This document shows positions 47,798 to 50,460 of a stretch of DNA of 50,460 nt, piece by piece. The stretch covers positions 1 through 50,460 of the forward strand of contig JBEKBM010000025.1 of assembly GCA_050015395.1 (NCBI GenBank). Reading direction: 5' to 3'. Origin of the DNA: Candidatus Bathyarchaeia archaeon (GTDB taxonomy: Archaea > Thermoproteota > Bathyarchaeia > Bathyarchaeales > Bathycorpusculaceae). The translations under genes and the position numbers were made by a program. The stretch's first letter is position 1; each line of letters starts with the position of its first letter. The notes beneath the pieces were generated by a model, which made no database searches, was not told the DNA's origin, and saw only the letters and a program-made list of their open reading frames with translations.

Positions 47798-48136
47798 CTA
47801 AGGCTTTTTCTTCAAGGTTTCTTCAATATCCAATCTCAAATCAGCATTTTCAACATTCGGCAAAAGCTGCAGAAGACGACCTCTAGTGCTCGTCTCTTCT
47901 CCGCCACCGAGATTAACCCAGTACCGCCCTTCTTTAAGCCAAGCCAACATAACACGAGCTTCAGCCTCCACGTTTTCTGTTTTAGCGGCTGATGGGAAAA
48001 CAAGCCCAAACTCAACAGCGGACGCCATGAACTTTTCAAAAGCTGCAGTCACAGTGTAACCGTTCTTAGACGCTAACTCCTTGAAACCAGCGTAAAGCTG
48101 AGGGTTAAACCTAAACGCCTTAAACACCTTAGGCAC
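47798..48136 (-). CDS. Small RHH-like DNA-binding protein (GTG start)
   Basis: MPKVFKAFRFNPQLYAGFKELASKNGYTVTAAFEKFM fits a beta-helix-helix pattern; AGGAG RBS upstream of GTG 48136. Confidence 0.65.
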   Translation of the reverse strand: MPKVFKAFRFNPQLYAGFKELASKNGYTVTAAFEKFMASAVEFGLVFPSAAKTENVEAEARVMLAWLKEGRYWVNLGGGEETSTRGRLLQLLPNVENADLRLDIEETLKKKP

Positions 48137-48146
48137 ACATCTCTCC

Positions 48147-48222
48147 TGTATCAACAAATTGTATTGACAAAATGTATAAACTTTCACCCTACCGGTAGGT
48201 AGCTGAGAGAGCACACACAGAC
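48147..48222. promoter_or_regulatory. 13-bp-period repeats overlapping the promoter of the RHH-like gene; third member of the 6719/10326 family
   Basis: TGTATCAACAAAT/TGTATTGACAAAA/TGTATAAAC, then CCCTACCGGTAGGTAGCTGAGAGAGCACACACAGAC. Confidence 0.75.
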
Positions 48223-48432
48223 CGTCAGAGTCGATCTTTGTCTTTTTGGCTTAAAACAAATGATTTTTTAGAACTGATCAGGCTTTTACTTATTATCTTG
48301 AAATACATAAAAAATAACGTTTGCCTTGCCCTCGATGCAGCTTGCCTTTTACAAGATAGATATTTAGACCTGCATAAGTTAAAAAATAAAAAAAGGAACC
48401 AAAGAGGTTAAGAACTTGGTTTCTTAGGTTTC

Positions 48433-49584
48433 TTAAAAGAAACTTTTTATGGGTGAATCATCGTCAACGGCTGCAGATTTTATCTCTTGAATTTTCGTTT
48501 TTGTTAAAGCTTTAATATTGTTGAAGTCTGACATTTCACCGTAGCTTACCAGCGTTATGGCTGTGCCTTCTTCTCCTTTGCGGGCGGTTCTTCCTATGCG
48601 ATGGAAATATATTAGCGCCTCCATGGGCACGTCATAGTTGATTATGTGCGTTATGCCCTCGATGTCTAAGCCTCTTGCCGCAACATCCGTTGCTACGAGC
48701 AGGCTAAGTCTGTCCGAGCGGAAATCGTTGATTGCGCGGTCTCTTTGCGCTTGGGTAAAACCAGCGTGCAATGCTTGTACTCGGAACCCTTTCCTGTACA
48801 GCTGCTCTGAAAGTCTGCTTGTTTCCCTGCGCGTTCTGCAGAAAACTATGGCTTTACTCACCCGTTCGTTGCGGATTATATCGCAGAGAGCATCAAACTT
48901 GCCATGCTGATTAACGATTGTGTAGAACTGCTTCATCTGCGTTAACGCAATCTCATCTTTGCTAACAAGGATTTTCAGCGGGTTCTTCATGTACTTATTG
49001 CAGACTTTCATAACTGACTGGTCAATTGTCGCTGAAAAAAGACTAGTTTGCCTATCATACGGCGTTTTTGAGAGGATAAATTCGATGTCTTCTATAAAGC
49101 CCATGTCAAGCATTCTGTCGGCTTCATCAAGAACCACAATTTTAACAGACCCAAGGTTTAAAACTCGCCTTTCCATGAGATCGATTAATCTGCCAGGTGT
49201 ACCGACAACAATTTGGACACCGCTTGATAGCGCGTGTATTTGCTTGTTGATTGATTCTCCACCATAAACAGCCAAAACCTTGATTCTGGCGTATTTCGAA
49301 AACCAAGCCATGTGTTCGGCTACTTGCACGGCTAACTCGCGTGTTGGCACTAAAATCAAGCCTTGAACACCGCGGATTTCACGGTTTAACCGTTGAACCA
49401 TGGGAATGCCAAAAGCAGCTGTTTTTCCTGTTCCAGTTTGTGCTTGCCCGATAACATCTTTGCCTTCGAGCAAGGGTATTATTGCTTGGGCTTGAATTGG
49501 AAAAAGACTCTCAAACCCGAGTTCTTCTATACTTCTAAGGATTTCCCTAGTTAAAGGTAAGTCCTTGAACGATTGAATTTGCAT
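48433..49584 (-). CDS. DEAD-box RNA helicase (DeaD/CshA-like core)
   Basis: AQTGTGKT, PTRELA, TPGRL, DEAD, SAT, ARGLD, HRIGRTAR. Confidence 0.96.
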   Translation of the reverse strand: MQIQSFKDLPLTREILRSIEELGFESLFPIQAQAIIPLLEGKDVIGQAQTGTGKTAAFGIPMVQRLNREIRGVQGLILVPTRELAVQVAEHMAWFSKYARIKVLAVYGGESINKQIHALSSGVQIVVGTPGRLIDLMERRVLNLGSVKIVVLDEADRMLDMGFIEDIEFILSKTPYDRQTSLFSATIDQSVMKVCNKYMKNPLKILVSKDEIALTQMKQFYTIVNQHGKFDALCDIIRNERVSKAIVFCRTRRETSRLSEQLYRKGFRVQALHAGFTQAQRDRAINDFRSDRLSLLVATDVAARGLDIEGITHIINYDVPMEALIYFHRIGRTARKGEEGTAITLVSYGEMSDFNNIKALTKTKIQEIKSAAVDDDSPIKSFF

Positions 49585-49894
49585 ATATTATTTTTTCTCC
49601 TGCCACAGAACTTTTTCATGATTTCTCTAAAAGCTTCAGGAGCTTTGTGGTGATACATGAGTTAATGTGACAATCCAACAGTCGGGTTTGGCATATAAAA
49701 ACGTTTAGCATGGTTTCAGGCAATCGGATACATGTAAAAAATAGGTTTTCGTAAAAAACAGTACTTTACTCTTCTAAAGGACAATTTTTAATTGTGATTG
49801 TCAAGGCTCAGTCACATAATCATAAAAGTAATTGAATTATAATCTGTTTCAAGACACAAGTGCTTGAACGTTTAAAATTTGGGAGATTAAAAAA

Positions 49895-50170
49895 ATGAGT
49901 AAGGCAAAAGCTAGAAAAAAACCGGCGCCATACTTTTACGAAGGTCCTCCTTTAAGTAAACAAGAAAAGGAAGAGGAAACAGACGACCCCTATGATACCG
50001 ACGAAAGAGAAAATATGCTAGATGAAGATGAAATTACCGCTGCTGAAGAAGGCTTCATGAAGGGACGAGAACAGGAACCGCCAAGCAAAAAAGAAACACG
50101 CAAAAAAGCCATAAGTCACGATGATACTATTTCGGTTGAATTAGCCAAAGAAGACAGCGAAGAAGATTAA
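49895..50170 (+). CDS. Small acidic hypothetical protein
   Basis: 91 aa; GGGAG RBS; DEDEITAAEEGFMKG. Confidence 0.7.
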   Translation: MSKAKARKKPAPYFYEGPPLSKQEKEEETDDPYDTDERENMLDEDEITAAEEGFMKGREQEPPSKKETRKKAISHDDTISVELAKEDSEED

Positions 50171-50333
50171 CCAACCAGCTAAACCATGCTTCACAGTCTT
50201 TAGCAATTTTCAGGAACCTTACGGTTTATCCTCTTTAAGTGGTAAACTTATAACTATTGAACGTTACAAAATTAGGTTTTGATACAATTTTGTTCCTAGC
50301 ATTAGAATAACGGCTGTTTTAGGTTTACCTACC

Positions 50334-50460
50334 TGTCATGTCAACTTTCCAACGTTACACTCATAGAGGTCGGCTGGGAATGCTTTTACTCCTCTGTGAA
50401 AGCGTGAATGGTTAAACCAGTCTCTGTAATCGCCTATTTGGCCGTTGAGCCATTGAGGAA
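50334..50460 (-). mobile_element. End of a probable IS481-family element (transposase C-terminus), cut by the window edge
   Basis: Minus frame 50458..50336 reads PQWLNGQIGDYRDWFNHSRFHRGVKAFPADLYECNVGKLT*, an rve-like YNxxRxHxG..P motif; the terminus begins TGT (TGTCATGTCAACTTTCCAACGTTACA). Confidence 0.6.

Noticed and set aside
14201-49267. Numerous 60-160 aa ORFs antisense to or overlapping well-supported genes
   Set aside because: These are shadow frames with no recognisable motifs or RBS.

Overview
This is an archaeal chromosomal window. It carries sn-glycerol-1-phosphate dehydrogenase egsA, an archaeal long-type FKBP and a PEF-CTERM sorting signal, and the gene content suggests Bathyarchaeia (inference). 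It divides into five parts. (1) 1-14.2 kb is a mosaic accessory island with four recognisable toxin/antitoxin loci (orphan VapC, DUF433/DUF5615, VapBC, RelBE), an AAA_14/DUF4143 ATPase, a beta-helix surface protein and a collapsed provirus head-module remnant (terminase C-terminus). It is punctuated by several unannotated repeat families (a 37-38 bp palindrome, a ~100 bp element with 13-bp-period repeats, a GGTYCTATTT motif, a 124 bp structured repeat) and by displaced copies of gene 3' ends. (2) 14.2-27 kb is a divergent DUF58/MoxR/DUF4350/DUF4129/DUF1616 plus FtsX-type ABC cluster. (3) 27-38 kb holds decaying accessory genes, an IS5-family remnant and a bacterial-type murA. (4) 38-41.9 kb holds housekeeping-type genes. 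(5) tRNA-Arg(CCU) is followed by three more copies of its 3' end, which delimit small integrase-free cassettes (cysteine synthase; hicBA; sensor kinase plus Ca/cation antiporter); after these come an RHH-like gene with the same 13-bp-repeat element as in part 1, a DEAD-box helicase and the end of a probable IS481-like element. Several genes missed by the ORF track appear to start at CTG. All assignments were made by eye from motifs; no database search was run.
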